The notes beneath the pieces were generated by a model. The model did no database searches. It saw only the letters and a program-made list of their open reading frames with translations, and was not told where the DNA came from. Source: Alphaproteobacteria bacterium (GTDB lineage: Bacteria; Pseudomonadota; Alphaproteobacteria; Rs-D84). Taken from it: a stretch of 64,000 nt of DNA. The DNA lies in NCBI GenBank assembly GCA_017522445.1, contig JAFWZK010000014.1, positions 21,783 through 85,782 of the forward strand, read 5' to 3'. Below are positions 1-9,306 of the stretch, one piece after another. A program made the position numbers and the translations under genes. Numbering within the stretch: the first letter of the stretch is position 1; each line of letters starts with the position of its first letter.

Positions 1-982
1 CTATGACCGCATGGAAATACGGGATGCGATTGCATATTTACGATTATTGGTTTATCCCTTTGATGATGTTTCTTTTTTGCGTATTATTGGCAAGCCACGA
101 CGTGGTTTTGGCCCAAAATCCATTGACAGTTTGCGTTCGTCTGGTACGCACCTGATGGATGCGTTGCGTACTGCGGCTTTGTCGCCCAAGATGCGTGCCA
201 CTGCGGATCAGTTTTTATCTGCGTTTGATTTTGATTGGTCATCTATGTCCCCACGTGATGCGGCCACAACTTTGCTGGAACACAGTGGTTATATGCAAAT
301 GTGGGCGGAATCCAAAGATGCAGATGCCCCAGAACGTATATCAAATATTCGTGAATTATTGTCATCTGTGATTGCACGGTATGATACTTTGGCGGATTTT
401 TTGGAACATGCAGCCCTGATGATGACGGACGATGATGATTCGTCTGAAACGTCCCAGAATAATAACGGGGTTCGTATAATGACAATTCATGCAGCCAAGG
501 GATTGGAGTTTAATACAGTGTTCCTGCCCGCCTGGGAAGATGGTATATTTCCCAATGAAAAATCCATTGCCGAAGGTTCTGTCGAAGAAGAGCGTCGCCT
601 GGCTTATGTTGCGATAACTCGTGCCCGCCGGCGTTGTGTCATATCGAATTCTATGTCGCGTGTAATGTATGGTTCGCGTCAATACAACTCGCCCAGTCGT
701 TTTATAACAGAAATGGACAATCGCTTTTTAGATTTTCAGGGTGGCACCCCCCGACAATCATATTCATATGCATACAGTAATAAAATACCGCGTTCGTATG
801 ATACGCCGCACTCAAAAAGACAATCCGTATCACACTCTGCATCATGCGTTGGTAAATTGGTTTCGCACAGCGAATTGGGGGGCGGTGTTGTTATCGAAGA
901 CAATGGTTCTGTATTAACGGTTGCATTCAAAACCCGCGGCATTAAAAAGGTTGCCCGTGAATACATTACGATTACAGGATAA
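1..982 (+). CDS. uvrD: ATP-dependent DNA helicase UvrD/PcrA, C-terminal part; the 5' end lies before the window
   Basis: The translation carries the UvrD/Rep C-terminal helicase motifs (IMTIHAAKGLEFNTVFL..., LAYVAITRARRR) and a UvrD-type C-terminal tail. The ORF is open to the window edge. Confidence 0.85.
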   Translation, partial: YDRMEIRDAIAYLRLLVYPFDDVSFLRIIGKPRRGFGPKSIDSLRSSGTHLMDALRTAALSPKMRATADQFLSAFDFDWSSMSPRDAATTLLEHSGYMQMWAESKDADAPERISNIRELLSSVIARYDTLADFLEHAALMMTDDDDSSETSQNNNGVRIMTIHAAKGLEFNTVFLPAWEDGIFPNEKSIAEGSVEEERRLAYVAITRARRRCVISNSMSRVMYGSRQYNSPSRFITEMDNRFLDFQGGTPRQSYSYAYSNKIPRSYDTPHSKRQSVSHSASCVGKLVSHSELGGGVVIEDNGSVLTVAFKTRGIKKVAREYITITG

Positions 983-999
983 AAACATCACATCAGTAT

Positions 1000-2286
1000 T
1001 TATTTTGAACCGATAACCTTTGCCCACGATTTTGCGGTTTCCTGGGTTTTTTTCCACAGTGTTTTTATATCAGACTTTAATGTATCGCCCATTTTTGTAT
1101 CTATTGCACCGCCCAGATCGGTTGCGAATTTCATTGCGTTTTTCGCCAGGTACATAGTTATCGCCACCACCAGTATTGTGACAAAGAATCCCGGGCTGTT
1201 GAAATCGGGCAGTTCGTCCACCGCACCAAAGTCTACAATTCCCCCCAACAGTGCCGCACAAATCGCAATGACAACACTTAATACGATAAAGTGCAACGCC
1301 GCATTAATAAAGCGTGATATCTGCGATTGCAGCGATTCTGCCTTAAATATTCCCATAAATCCATTAAATATATCGCCTGCGATTCCCTTGTACGATGTTT
1401 TTCCGATTGTTTCGGCCAACGCGGTAAATGGCAGCATAATAATCCCCAGGAACAAATCTGCGATTACACCAAACGCAATAAATGCGAATCGCCAGCTTAG
1501 CATTATAAAGCATATTATCAACGTCACCCCACATGCGAAACCAAATACGCTGTTTCCGATTGACAGTCCAATCCATTTCCACCCCAGTGCCACAGCCGTA
1601 TAGCAAAACCCGGCCAACCGTGTAGGCACGCACATGATATCTGCGGCATGCTCTGGGGATAACAGGTTTTCTGGCAAAGTATGATTGGCGGCATATTCGC
1701 GAATTGCCCCACATGTATCGGGCAGGTTAATTCCCGCTGTTTGTGTAATTGCATTCAATATTGCATCGCTAATTGCTGTCCCAATCAGCAGTATTGGTGA
1801 CATGACCATCATAAATGTCTTGGCGGGGCCAATCATCAGCACACCGGTCCACAGTGCGACCATTACGCCTTTTTTTACGATTTCTTTTATTTTATCTTCA
1901 GGTTTACTTTTTCCGATAATAATTGTATATGCCTCGAACCCAATCCAGAATGCATACGCAATAATGATAAACAGAATCACAAACCGCACCAGCGAAGTAT
2001 CCAACACATGTGCAACAAACGAAAAAGCATTCATGAACGCCAGTCCGATTTTTGCCTCGACTGGGACAAAGTCAGGAACGATTTGCTGTTGTTGTGTAAA
2101 ATATTTAACATCTGTGGTCATTTTTTCAACAAATCGTTCATGGTTATTTTCTGTTGCCCATGTTCCGAATTCGCCCACGTCCGCCATTGGCAAATTAGAT
2201 TCCGTTGCGAATGCCGGCACAACCAGGCATAATGCAAAAACCGCAACCAGAATTCGTGATAAAAATTTCTTTAAATCTTTCATCAT
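1000..2286 (-). CDS. VirB6/TrbL-like polytopic inner-membrane protein, paralogue 1 of 5
   Basis: 428 aa with an N-terminal signal/TM segment, many TM helices and a Lys/Trp-rich C-terminal tail. It is paralogous to the four adjacent membrane ORFs and sits in a window that also encodes VirB8/9/10. Confidence 0.5.
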   Translation of the reverse strand: MMKDLKKFLSRILVAVFALCLVVPAFATESNLPMADVGEFGTWATENNHERFVEKMTTDVKYFTQQQQIVPDFVPVEAKIGLAFMNAFSFVAHVLDTSLVRFVILFIIIAYAFWIGFEAYTIIIGKSKPEDKIKEIVKKGVMVALWTGVLMIGPAKTFMMVMSPILLIGTAISDAILNAITQTAGINLPDTCGAIREYAANHTLPENLLSPEHAADIMCVPTRLAGFCYTAVALGWKWIGLSIGNSVFGFACGVTLIICFIMLSWRFAFIAFGVIADLFLGIIMLPFTALAETIGKTSYKGIAGDIFNGFMGIFKAESLQSQISRFINAALHFIVLSVVIAICAALLGGIVDFGAVDELPDFNSPGFFVTILVVAITMYLAKNAMKFATDLGGAIDTKMGDTLKSDIKTLWKKTQETAKSWAKVIGSK

Positions 2287-3770
2287 TTCTTTTCCATAGC
2301 CCCGGTAATTTTTTCAGTGATTTGCACAGGCACATGCCAGATTTTTTGTCCCAAGTCATGCACCCATGCACCAAAGTCAAATTGTTCACCGGTTCCGACA
2401 TTTGCACTTTCACCTGGGATTGGTAATTTTATTGTACCCGCCGGCAACAGTTTGTCTATTTTCGGGCTGATTGCGTAATAGTACAGCAAGAACAGACATA
2501 CCATCATCAGCATAAAATCCCATCCATCTTTCATAAAGTCAAATGCACCTGGGTATTGTCTTTCGACCTCGGCCTTGCGTGCGATAAAGCATTGTTTGAA
2601 TATGTCTTTGTTGATTTGTCCATCTGCCAATGCGACCTGTTCGCAGGTTGCGAAAACATTCATAACGGACAGTGTTTGTGCATCTGGGTTTTGCACGGTT
2701 TGTCCCATCAACGGTGGCAAGATTGCACTGTATCCATCATTTGGCCCTGGCATAAATGTATCTGCGGTATATGATACAGTTGCATATATGATAATGACTT
2801 TCAGTGTAATTGCGATGATTCTGACTGCGGACGATATCAGCATACCGATTGCCTTGCTGACCAGTCCGTTGGCCTTGGCCCAGACATTTTCGAATGCAGT
2901 TGCCGCCAGCAGCAGTGGCAAGAATATAATCAAGAAAACCAACTTGAACACAACGGACAGAATTTGAAAGAATAAATCGAAACCGATAATCATGAACATT
3001 ATGACCAGTGCCAAACCTGCAATCCATGTTAACGCACCGCCACCCATGTCCATCCAGGCATAATTCATCATTGCAAATCCGCCTGCCGCCCCGGCCAGCA
3101 TTACACTGTTGATATTACCCATCACGCACATAAATGGTTTCATGATTGGGTTCAATATATCTTCTGCATCGGTTTCGCCAATTGCCCCCAGTGCATCACA
3201 TTGTGCAGCGTCCCCAACGCCTGTGGCCATCATGGACAGTTCTGCCCCTGTGTACAGTACGGGCGTAATAGTTATCTGTGAAACGGTTTTCAGTGCGGTT
3301 GTTCCTCCCATACCCAATGCCCCCATCAGGATTCCGACAACAAAAATTCTGGTTGCGGGTTTCCACAGTTTTTCCAGCCACGGTTTAAATTCTATTTTAT
3401 GTTCCTTGGGGTCCAGTGTTGCGGTTTTTTTTGCGTGTTCAAAGAAGTATTGGATGGTGTGAATCAGGATAAATACACCAAATCCAATAATCATCAGCAC
3501 CCACAGATTATTGACCATCAGTCCCCAGAACTTTTCAGTTGCCCCACCAATTACCCCGAACAGGTCTGCGACATATCGGCACAGAAAGCAACCATTTGCG
3601 GATGCGATATCGCCGTTTTCCACGCCGACTGCGGTCAGGAAGTTATTCATACTGGTATATGTTATCGACCCGCCACCAATAGATGCAGAAATATACCAAA
3701 TCCCGATACCCAGCGCGACCAGTACCATAATAATTCGCACGGCGATTAAAATCAGTTTTGCTTTCACCAT
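2283..3770 (-). CDS. VirB6/TrbL-like membrane protein, paralogue 2
   Basis: 495 aa polytopic protein that overlaps its neighbour by 4 nt. It has an N-terminal C-x-x-C-x-x-[VF]-D motif shared with paralogues 3 and 5, and a K-rich C-terminal tail. Confidence 0.5.
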   Translation of the reverse strand: MVKAKLILIAVRIIMVLVALGIGIWYISASIGGGSITYTSMNNFLTAVGVENGDIASANGCFLCRYVADLFGVIGGATEKFWGLMVNNLWVLMIIGFGVFILIHTIQYFFEHAKKTATLDPKEHKIEFKPWLEKLWKPATRIFVVGILMGALGMGGTTALKTVSQITITPVLYTGAELSMMATGVGDAAQCDALGAIGETDAEDILNPIMKPFMCVMGNINSVMLAGAAGGFAMMNYAWMDMGGGALTWIAGLALVIMFMIIGFDLFFQILSVVFKLVFLIIFLPLLLAATAFENVWAKANGLVSKAIGMLISSAVRIIAITLKVIIIYATVSYTADTFMPGPNDGYSAILPPLMGQTVQNPDAQTLSVMNVFATCEQVALADGQINKDIFKQCFIARKAEVERQYPGAFDFMKDGWDFMLMMVCLFLLYYYAISPKIDKLLPAGTIKLPIPGESANVGTGEQFDFGAWVHDLGQKIWHVPVQITEKITGAMEKK

Positions 3771-4960
3771 TATTTACCGTCCTTTTTATCGCCACCCGAG
3801 ATAATAGTTTTTCCAACTTTGACTGTTGCATCAAATGCGTCCTTGGCCAGGGTCAATACATCATTTGCCAATTGTTCACCCATATCCTTTTTCTCGGCAA
3901 CGTCAAACGCCGCCAGGAACATTTTAGAAACCTGTGGTATTTGTTCCTGAATAAAGTTCAAAACATATACCAGCACAATTGCACTTATCAGTGTCATTGC
4001 CTGCAGGTTTTCTGTATTTAAATCGGCTTCGAACACCTGTCCTGTGGTTATGGCGGTCATCAAATCTGCGGCCGATGCATCTGGTGCAGAAAAGAACTTG
4101 GCGATAATTACCATAATAATGGTATACGTCAGCACAACCGACCCCAGTGTTACGATTGCATTAATCAGATTTTTAATTTGGTTAACACCGACCCCAGACC
4201 CCAGTTTACCAATCCATGCGGGCACATGTTCAGCCCCTTTGAATGCAAACGCGACCAGCGATATTGGAAAGAAAAACGCAAAGAACGCCATCGCCACAAT
4301 TGCATCCAGAAAATAACAACAGTATCTGAAAAATAACTTAAAAAATCCCCATGCCAGATACAGCCCAATCATAAACAAAATAATATGCTTAATCAGTATT
4401 CCGACCCCCAGTAATGCCCGCCATGTAAATGCCTTGTCCATCATTGCGATACCCAGTTTAATATATGACTGGAATTGAGTAATTGTTGTTTTCATCAGCA
4501 ATATGATTTTGTCACGCAGTTCTGGTCTGTAAAATCCATCATCGCTCATTTCTTGTGGTTGATATGTAACCTTTTCTTCGACTGCATCTGTATCCATTTT
4601 TGTAATGGCCTGGGTATATGTCAGTGTAATTTGTGCGACTGGTTCGAAAATAATTGTTGTAACAGTGCGTGGCAGCATAACCCCCATGCCCATCAGTGCA
4701 ATTGCGACAATTCCATTAACAAAGACCCGTTGTATAGATTTTTCATACAGAGTATCTGCAAAGTTATTTTGAAAATTTTTCCAAATTGCATTTACCATAA
4801 ACACAGCGAACAGAAACACAAACAGAATCACACATATTTGGCTGAAATATCCATATATATTTGCCGCCGCCATGGACACGATTTGAAACAGTCTGTCGAA
4901 CACCCCACAGCCCCAACACTGCACAGCATTTTCCACCAAAGATGATGTCCACTGGTTCAT
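3770..4960 (-). CDS. VirB6/TrbL-like membrane protein, paralogue 3
   Basis: 396 aa polytopic protein with the CWGCGVFD motif, arranged in tandem with its neighbours. Confidence 0.5.
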   Translation of the reverse strand: MNQWTSSLVENAVQCWGCGVFDRLFQIVSMAAANIYGYFSQICVILFVFLFAVFMVNAIWKNFQNNFADTLYEKSIQRVFVNGIVAIALMGMGVMLPRTVTTIIFEPVAQITLTYTQAITKMDTDAVEEKVTYQPQEMSDDGFYRPELRDKIILLMKTTITQFQSYIKLGIAMMDKAFTWRALLGVGILIKHIILFMIGLYLAWGFFKLFFRYCCYFLDAIVAMAFFAFFFPISLVAFAFKGAEHVPAWIGKLGSGVGVNQIKNLINAIVTLGSVVLTYTIIMVIIAKFFSAPDASAADLMTAITTGQVFEADLNTENLQAMTLISAIVLVYVLNFIQEQIPQVSKMFLAAFDVAEKKDMGEQLANDVLTLAKDAFDATVKVGKTIISGGDKKDGK

Positions 4961-6237
4961 TTCTTAATCCATCCTGCGGCGGTTCCAATTGCTTTGCCTG
5001 TTTTTTTTATGTCACCCCAGAGTGTACCTGCATCGGCCTTGACACTTTTATACAGTCCGTCCATACCGCCGCCAATATATTTATTCAGCTGTTGCTGAGT
5101 TTTATCGAATATTTTGAACATTAAATAGAACGTCAGTATTGCGGACATCCATGTTACCGAGTGTTGTCCAAATCCTGTTGTCTGGTTTGCGATGGTTGGG
5201 ATATTGCTGGCGGCACTGCCCCCTGCGGCGACAACAAACACAGACGAATTCCAGTTAAACAATGCACGTATCACGGCCAGATTTATACACAACATAAATG
5301 CACACGCAATCATTGTCACAATCAGCTGTTGCAGTGCCTTGGTAATACCGCTGAATGCGGGCCAGACATCGAACCATTTATCACTGGGTTTCACGACGTA
5401 TGTCAGTACATGAAACGGATACAGTATCAATTGCATGCCAAAGTTAAATATTCCCTGGATAATCAGCAGTGCCATAAACAAATTACTGGCCACAAATGTA
5501 AAGATTAACAGTATCCCCGTAATAATATTTAAAAAGTTTTCACCCCCATGCGGAATCAAGGTCATCAGTCCCTGTAAACCGCGTGTCAGTTGTGCGAAAC
5601 CATACTTTACAATTTGGTTATTTGCGTTTGATAAATCGGACACAGGTTGAATCAGGAAATCACATGATTCCTGTGAAATCCAGTTATGTTCCAGAATATC
5701 TGCGGGGCATTTTACCTGGGGAATATTTTGTGGATTTTGTATAATTTGTTCTGTGATAATTCCCGTATAAATCGCCCCCAGTTCCAGAAATGGATTTACC
5801 AGCCACTGTGTTAAAAATACGGGTTTCATCTGTAATAAAAATACAGCGGCTATAATTGCACGTGTTCCAGACTTTAAAGTTTTTTCTATGATTTGATATC
5901 CTGTAATTTCACCATCTGCAATTTCACCGCCCCCCGATATTCCCAGAACAGACAACCATTTTTTTGGGAAATACATTTTAACGACTGTAATTGTAATCGT
6001 GATACCCAGGAATATCCAAACAAACGCATAGATAAATCCGTCACCATTTCCGACAAAGAAATCATACATACTTGTAGCGACCAGCATCATCGCATCCAGT
6101 ACCAGCGGCACAAACGGTGCCAGGTTTAACGAATCTATGATATTACCTGCGTATGCGGCATCTGGCATGACAAACATCACGCCCAAAAACAATCCGAAAA
6201 TTATTTTTTTCAGCAGGTACATTCTCTGTATTTTCAT
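4957..6237 (-). CDS. VirB6/TrbL-like membrane protein, paralogue 4
   Basis: 426 aa with a signal peptide, polytopic topology and a ...LWGDIKKTGKAIG... tail like the other paralogues. Confidence 0.5.
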   Translation of the reverse strand: MKIQRMYLLKKIIFGLFLGVMFVMPDAAYAGNIIDSLNLAPFVPLVLDAMMLVATSMYDFFVGNGDGFIYAFVWIFLGITITITVVKMYFPKKWLSVLGISGGGEIADGEITGYQIIEKTLKSGTRAIIAAVFLLQMKPVFLTQWLVNPFLELGAIYTGIITEQIIQNPQNIPQVKCPADILEHNWISQESCDFLIQPVSDLSNANNQIVKYGFAQLTRGLQGLMTLIPHGGENFLNIITGILLIFTFVASNLFMALLIIQGIFNFGMQLILYPFHVLTYVVKPSDKWFDVWPAFSGITKALQQLIVTMIACAFMLCINLAVIRALFNWNSSVFVVAAGGSAASNIPTIANQTTGFGQHSVTWMSAILTFYLMFKIFDKTQQQLNKYIGGGMDGLYKSVKADAGTLWGDIKKTGKAIGTAAGWIKK

Positions 6238-6291
6238 TTTATGTTTTCAATTATATCACATTTTGTGCAAAATATGATATACTTAAAAACA

Positions 6292-7581
6292 ATGAACAGG
6301 TTAAAAAAGTTTTGGACAGTATTTTTATCATTCTTGCCCTGGGCGGCGGGTGCGGGTGTTCCGTTGCTGATTGGTGGTGTTGCCGGGGTTGGTATGTTGG
6401 CAGGGTTTTCGATATATCGCACATCGGTTCCTGTATCGCCAACAGACGCGTACCAGTTTTTTTCCAGTTGTTGGACCTGTCAAATGTTTTCGGACATTAT
6501 GGCAACGATGTCTGGTATTTTGCCACGAATATATCATGCGCTGGGTCAAACGATTGTTCCATTTACGATTATGCTGACCGCCATATGGTGGACGTGGAAA
6601 ATTGTCAGCGGTCTGCTTAATGGCAAAGTTGATGCCCCCTGGACATTGGCCAGTACATTTGTAAATCACATCAGTCGTCTGGCGATTGTCTGTATATTTT
6701 TACTGGCACCATTGCCGCGTTTAATTTCAGACGTTGCGATTACGCCGATTTTTAACATAGGTTTGTCATTGAATCGTGCGGTTGTTCATGATGATGGTTT
6801 TGATACATGTGTTATTTCCACTGCTTTGACTGATTCGACGGTGGTTGATTCTGCTGTGGCGGATTCCGGTGCGTTTTCGCCCACGCTGCGTCATAATTTG
6901 GCGTGTGAATTATCTGGTGTGCATCAAATGACGGGCATGGGCATGACGGTTGGCTGGACCATGTTGAACATGGCGTTTGATGCAGACTATATGCACAAGA
7001 TATTATGGGGTGTTCCGATTTTTCCGAACGTTATATTGTTTTTTGCAGGTTTATTGGTTTTGATTTTGTTTTTTTCAGCATTATTGCCAATACCCATATA
7101 TTTTTTAGAGATATTTATAACATTGGCATTGGATATGGTGATGTTACCGTTTATGTTATTGGCCTGGCTGTTCAAGGGTTGGCAAATATCCTTGGCTGGT
7201 GCGGGCAAAACGATTCGCGGCATTGTGGACGATGTGATAAATGGCACATTGGGTTTGGCGATGACCGGGATATTTGTATCATTTGCGATAATGTTTCTGG
7301 ACGCGGTGTTTGGTGATTGGAATGGTGTATCTGCGTTATCTGTTGCATTAACCCAAAACGATTCGAAATTTTTGATGGATGCCTTGATGATGCGTAATGA
7401 CGGGCTGATAACGGTAATATTTATGGGTATCTTTTTAACGATGTTCATGATAATGATACCCGCCCTGGCCAAGAGTTTATTCGACGTTCAGATTTCAACA
7501 GACTTCTATGACACCACGAAAAAGAACCTGGATATTCTGTGGCAAGACCTGAAAAAGTGGTACTCAGCAATAAAAAAATAA
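6292..7581 (+). CDS. VirB6/TrbL-like membrane protein, paralogue 5, transcribed divergently from paralogue 4
   Basis: The ORF track starts at 6241; the internal start MNRLKKFW at 6292 is more plausible. It has the CWTCQMFSD motif, a polytopic topology and a ...LWQDLKKWYSAIKK tail. Confidence 0.45.
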   Translation: MNRLKKFWTVFLSFLPWAAGAGVPLLIGGVAGVGMLAGFSIYRTSVPVSPTDAYQFFSSCWTCQMFSDIMATMSGILPRIYHALGQTIVPFTIMLTAIWWTWKIVSGLLNGKVDAPWTLASTFVNHISRLAIVCIFLLAPLPRLISDVAITPIFNIGLSLNRAVVHDDGFDTCVISTALTDSTVVDSAVADSGAFSPTLRHNLACELSGVHQMTGMGMTVGWTMLNMAFDADYMHKILWGVPIFPNVILFFAGLLVLILFFSALLPIPIYFLEIFITLALDMVMLPFMLLAWLFKGWQISLAGAGKTIRGIVDDVINGTLGLAMTGIFVSFAIMFLDAVFGDWNGVSALSVALTQNDSKFLMDALMMRNDGLITVIFMGIFLTMFMIMIPALAKSLFDVQISTDFYDTTKKNLDILWQDLKKWYSAIKK

Positions 7582-7648
7582 AAATCAAGTGGTTTATTTT
7601 ATTTGCCCCCCTTTTTTATGCCGTCCGAATCTGATATAATTCATACCA

Positions 7649-8158
7649 ATGACAAAGTTTCCGATTCTTTATTGGCCACGCAGGACAACTGGTGATAATG
7701 AATACCAGTTGGCACGCAAAGTAATAAACAAGCTGACCGGTGTAATGCCCGATGTTTTTATTGACGATATAAACATAGTGGACGTTTTAACAGAAAATCC
7801 GAATGCGGTGATATATTATCCTGTATTTTGTGGTTCGACGGGTTGGTGGGGTGAATTGCTGGGCGGTAACGCGGTTGTCAGCGACAAGGTGATAATATCT
7901 CCTGAATGTCAGTTAATGGTAATCGAATCGAACAAGACCGCACGTCCAGGTGGCACGACCCAATTATTGGCGGCTGAAATATATCCGGCCAGTGGTTTTT
8001 TTAAAAAGATGAATTCTGGCATTGCGACTGTTGCGGATATGTTGGCGACTGATGCCGGGACGATATTGGCGTTATTTTCGGGGCGTAATCAGTCCCAGTT
8101 TATAAACATATTGGAATCGACGGGTAATTCGTATTTGGGCTGTATTGGTCGGTACTAG
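7649..8158 (+). CDS. Hypothetical protein
   Basis: 169-aa ORF with no motif I can recognise. The start codon is uncertain. Confidence 0.3.
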   Translation: MTKFPILYWPRRTTGDNEYQLARKVINKLTGVMPDVFIDDINIVDVLTENPNAVIYYPVFCGSTGWWGELLGGNAVVSDKVIISPECQLMVIESNKTARPGGTTQLLAAEIYPASGFFKKMNSGIATVADMLATDAGTILALFSGRNQSQFINILESTGNSYLGCIGRY

Positions 8159-8234
8159 ACTGCGAATATTTCTTGCTTTCTATAAAAATCCTTGTATAAT
8201 CTAGTGGCTAAAAATTTAAACAAAGGTAAAAAAC

Positions 8235-8447
8235 ATGAAAAAAGGGATTCATCCAGAATATCACGAAATCAACGTGACACGCACAGATGGCAAGACTGTT
8301 AAGATGTACTCGTCTGTTAAAAAAGATTTGATTTTGTCGACTGACAACTTGAACCATTCCGCCTGGACGGGCCAGCGTTCAAATGCCGGCGAAAAGGGTC
8401 AACGTGCCAACCAGTTTAAATCAAAATTCGCTGGGTTTAATTTCTAG
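8235..8447 (+). CDS. rpmE: 50S ribosomal protein L31
   Basis: The N-terminus MKKGIHPEYHEI is diagnostic. The ORF is 70 aa and has an AAAGG ribosome-binding site. Confidence 0.9.
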   Translation: MKKGIHPEYHEINVTRTDGKTVKMYSSVKKDLILSTDNLNHSAWTGQRSNAGEKGQRANQFKSKFAGFNF

Positions 8448-8478
8448 GGCCCAGTTTTAATCAAAACGATAACAAATT

Positions 8479-9204
8479 GTGTCTGATGGGGGCGGCGACA
8501 TGGAACATGTAATCAAAGGTTCAACAGAATTAAACAAAATGTTTATGGCGTTGCAACGCACGGCGGCTGGGCTTCGTCGTGATTTTGGCGAAGTGGAAAG
8601 TCTGCAACAATCTTTACGCAGTGCGCGTGATTTTGTGAACAAGGCCGCCAATCGTATTGAAGAAAGCATTGTCTCTGACCTGATGTTGGTCCGTCCTGCG
8701 GCGGGTTTATTGACACCGAATATATCGCGCAGTGGTGACGGCCGGGATGAATTTGTGCTGTCGCTGTCGGGTGCGTCAAATTTTGTTCGTGGCAATCCGC
8801 ATTTTGCGATATCTTTGGCGTTACGCACCAATGACGAGACGCGTATTGCCTTGATATATTCTCCGATTGACGATCGTCTTTATTATGCCGAGTCTGGACG
8901 TGGTGCTTTTGTTTTTTCGGCACATCATTCTGCACGTTTACGTGTTTCCAATATATCTGACGTGGCCGAGATAACGGTTGGCTATAACGTTTCTGATGGT
9001 CGTCCGATGATTGGCGATGTTCGTTGTACGGGGTGTCCTGCGTTGGACATGGCGTGGGTTGCATCGGGCAAGCTGGACGCGTATGTATCAGACCTGTTGG
9101 ATTTTGCGGAAATTGCCGCTGGCGATTTGATTGTTCGTGAATCTGGTGGTCGCACAGAAATGTTATCTGATTTGGTTGTAACAAATGGTTGTGTTCAGAT
9201 TTAA
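8479..9204 (+). CDS. Inositol-monophosphatase (SuhB) family protein with degenerate metal-binding motifs
   Basis: The C-terminal region matches the IMPase motif (...ASGKLDAY...DFAEIAAGDLIVRESGG). In the N-terminal half, SLSGAS replaces the conserved DP[IL]DGT. Confidence 0.6.
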   Translation: MSDGGGDMEHVIKGSTELNKMFMALQRTAAGLRRDFGEVESLQQSLRSARDFVNKAANRIEESIVSDLMLVRPAAGLLTPNISRSGDGRDEFVLSLSGASNFVRGNPHFAISLALRTNDETRIALIYSPIDDRLYYAESGRGAFVFSAHHSARLRVSNISDVAEITVGYNVSDGRPMIGDVRCTGCPALDMAWVASGKLDAYVSDLLDFAEIAAGDLIVRESGGRTEMLSDLVVTNGCVQI

Positions 9205-9206
9205 AT

Positions 9207-9232
9207 TAAGTCCCCGTTTGGGGATTTTTTTT
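9207..9232 (+). terminator. Intrinsic terminator (tccccgtttgggga hairpin followed by a T-run)
   Basis: GC hairpin followed by 8 T directly after the stop codon of the 8479..9204 CDS. Confidence 0.6.
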
Positions 9233-9306
9233 GGTCTGTTTTCCGTATTTTCCACTTGCGTGCGATTCGTGATTTGTTCTATGATTACATCAGGAAGGAA
9301 AGGAAA

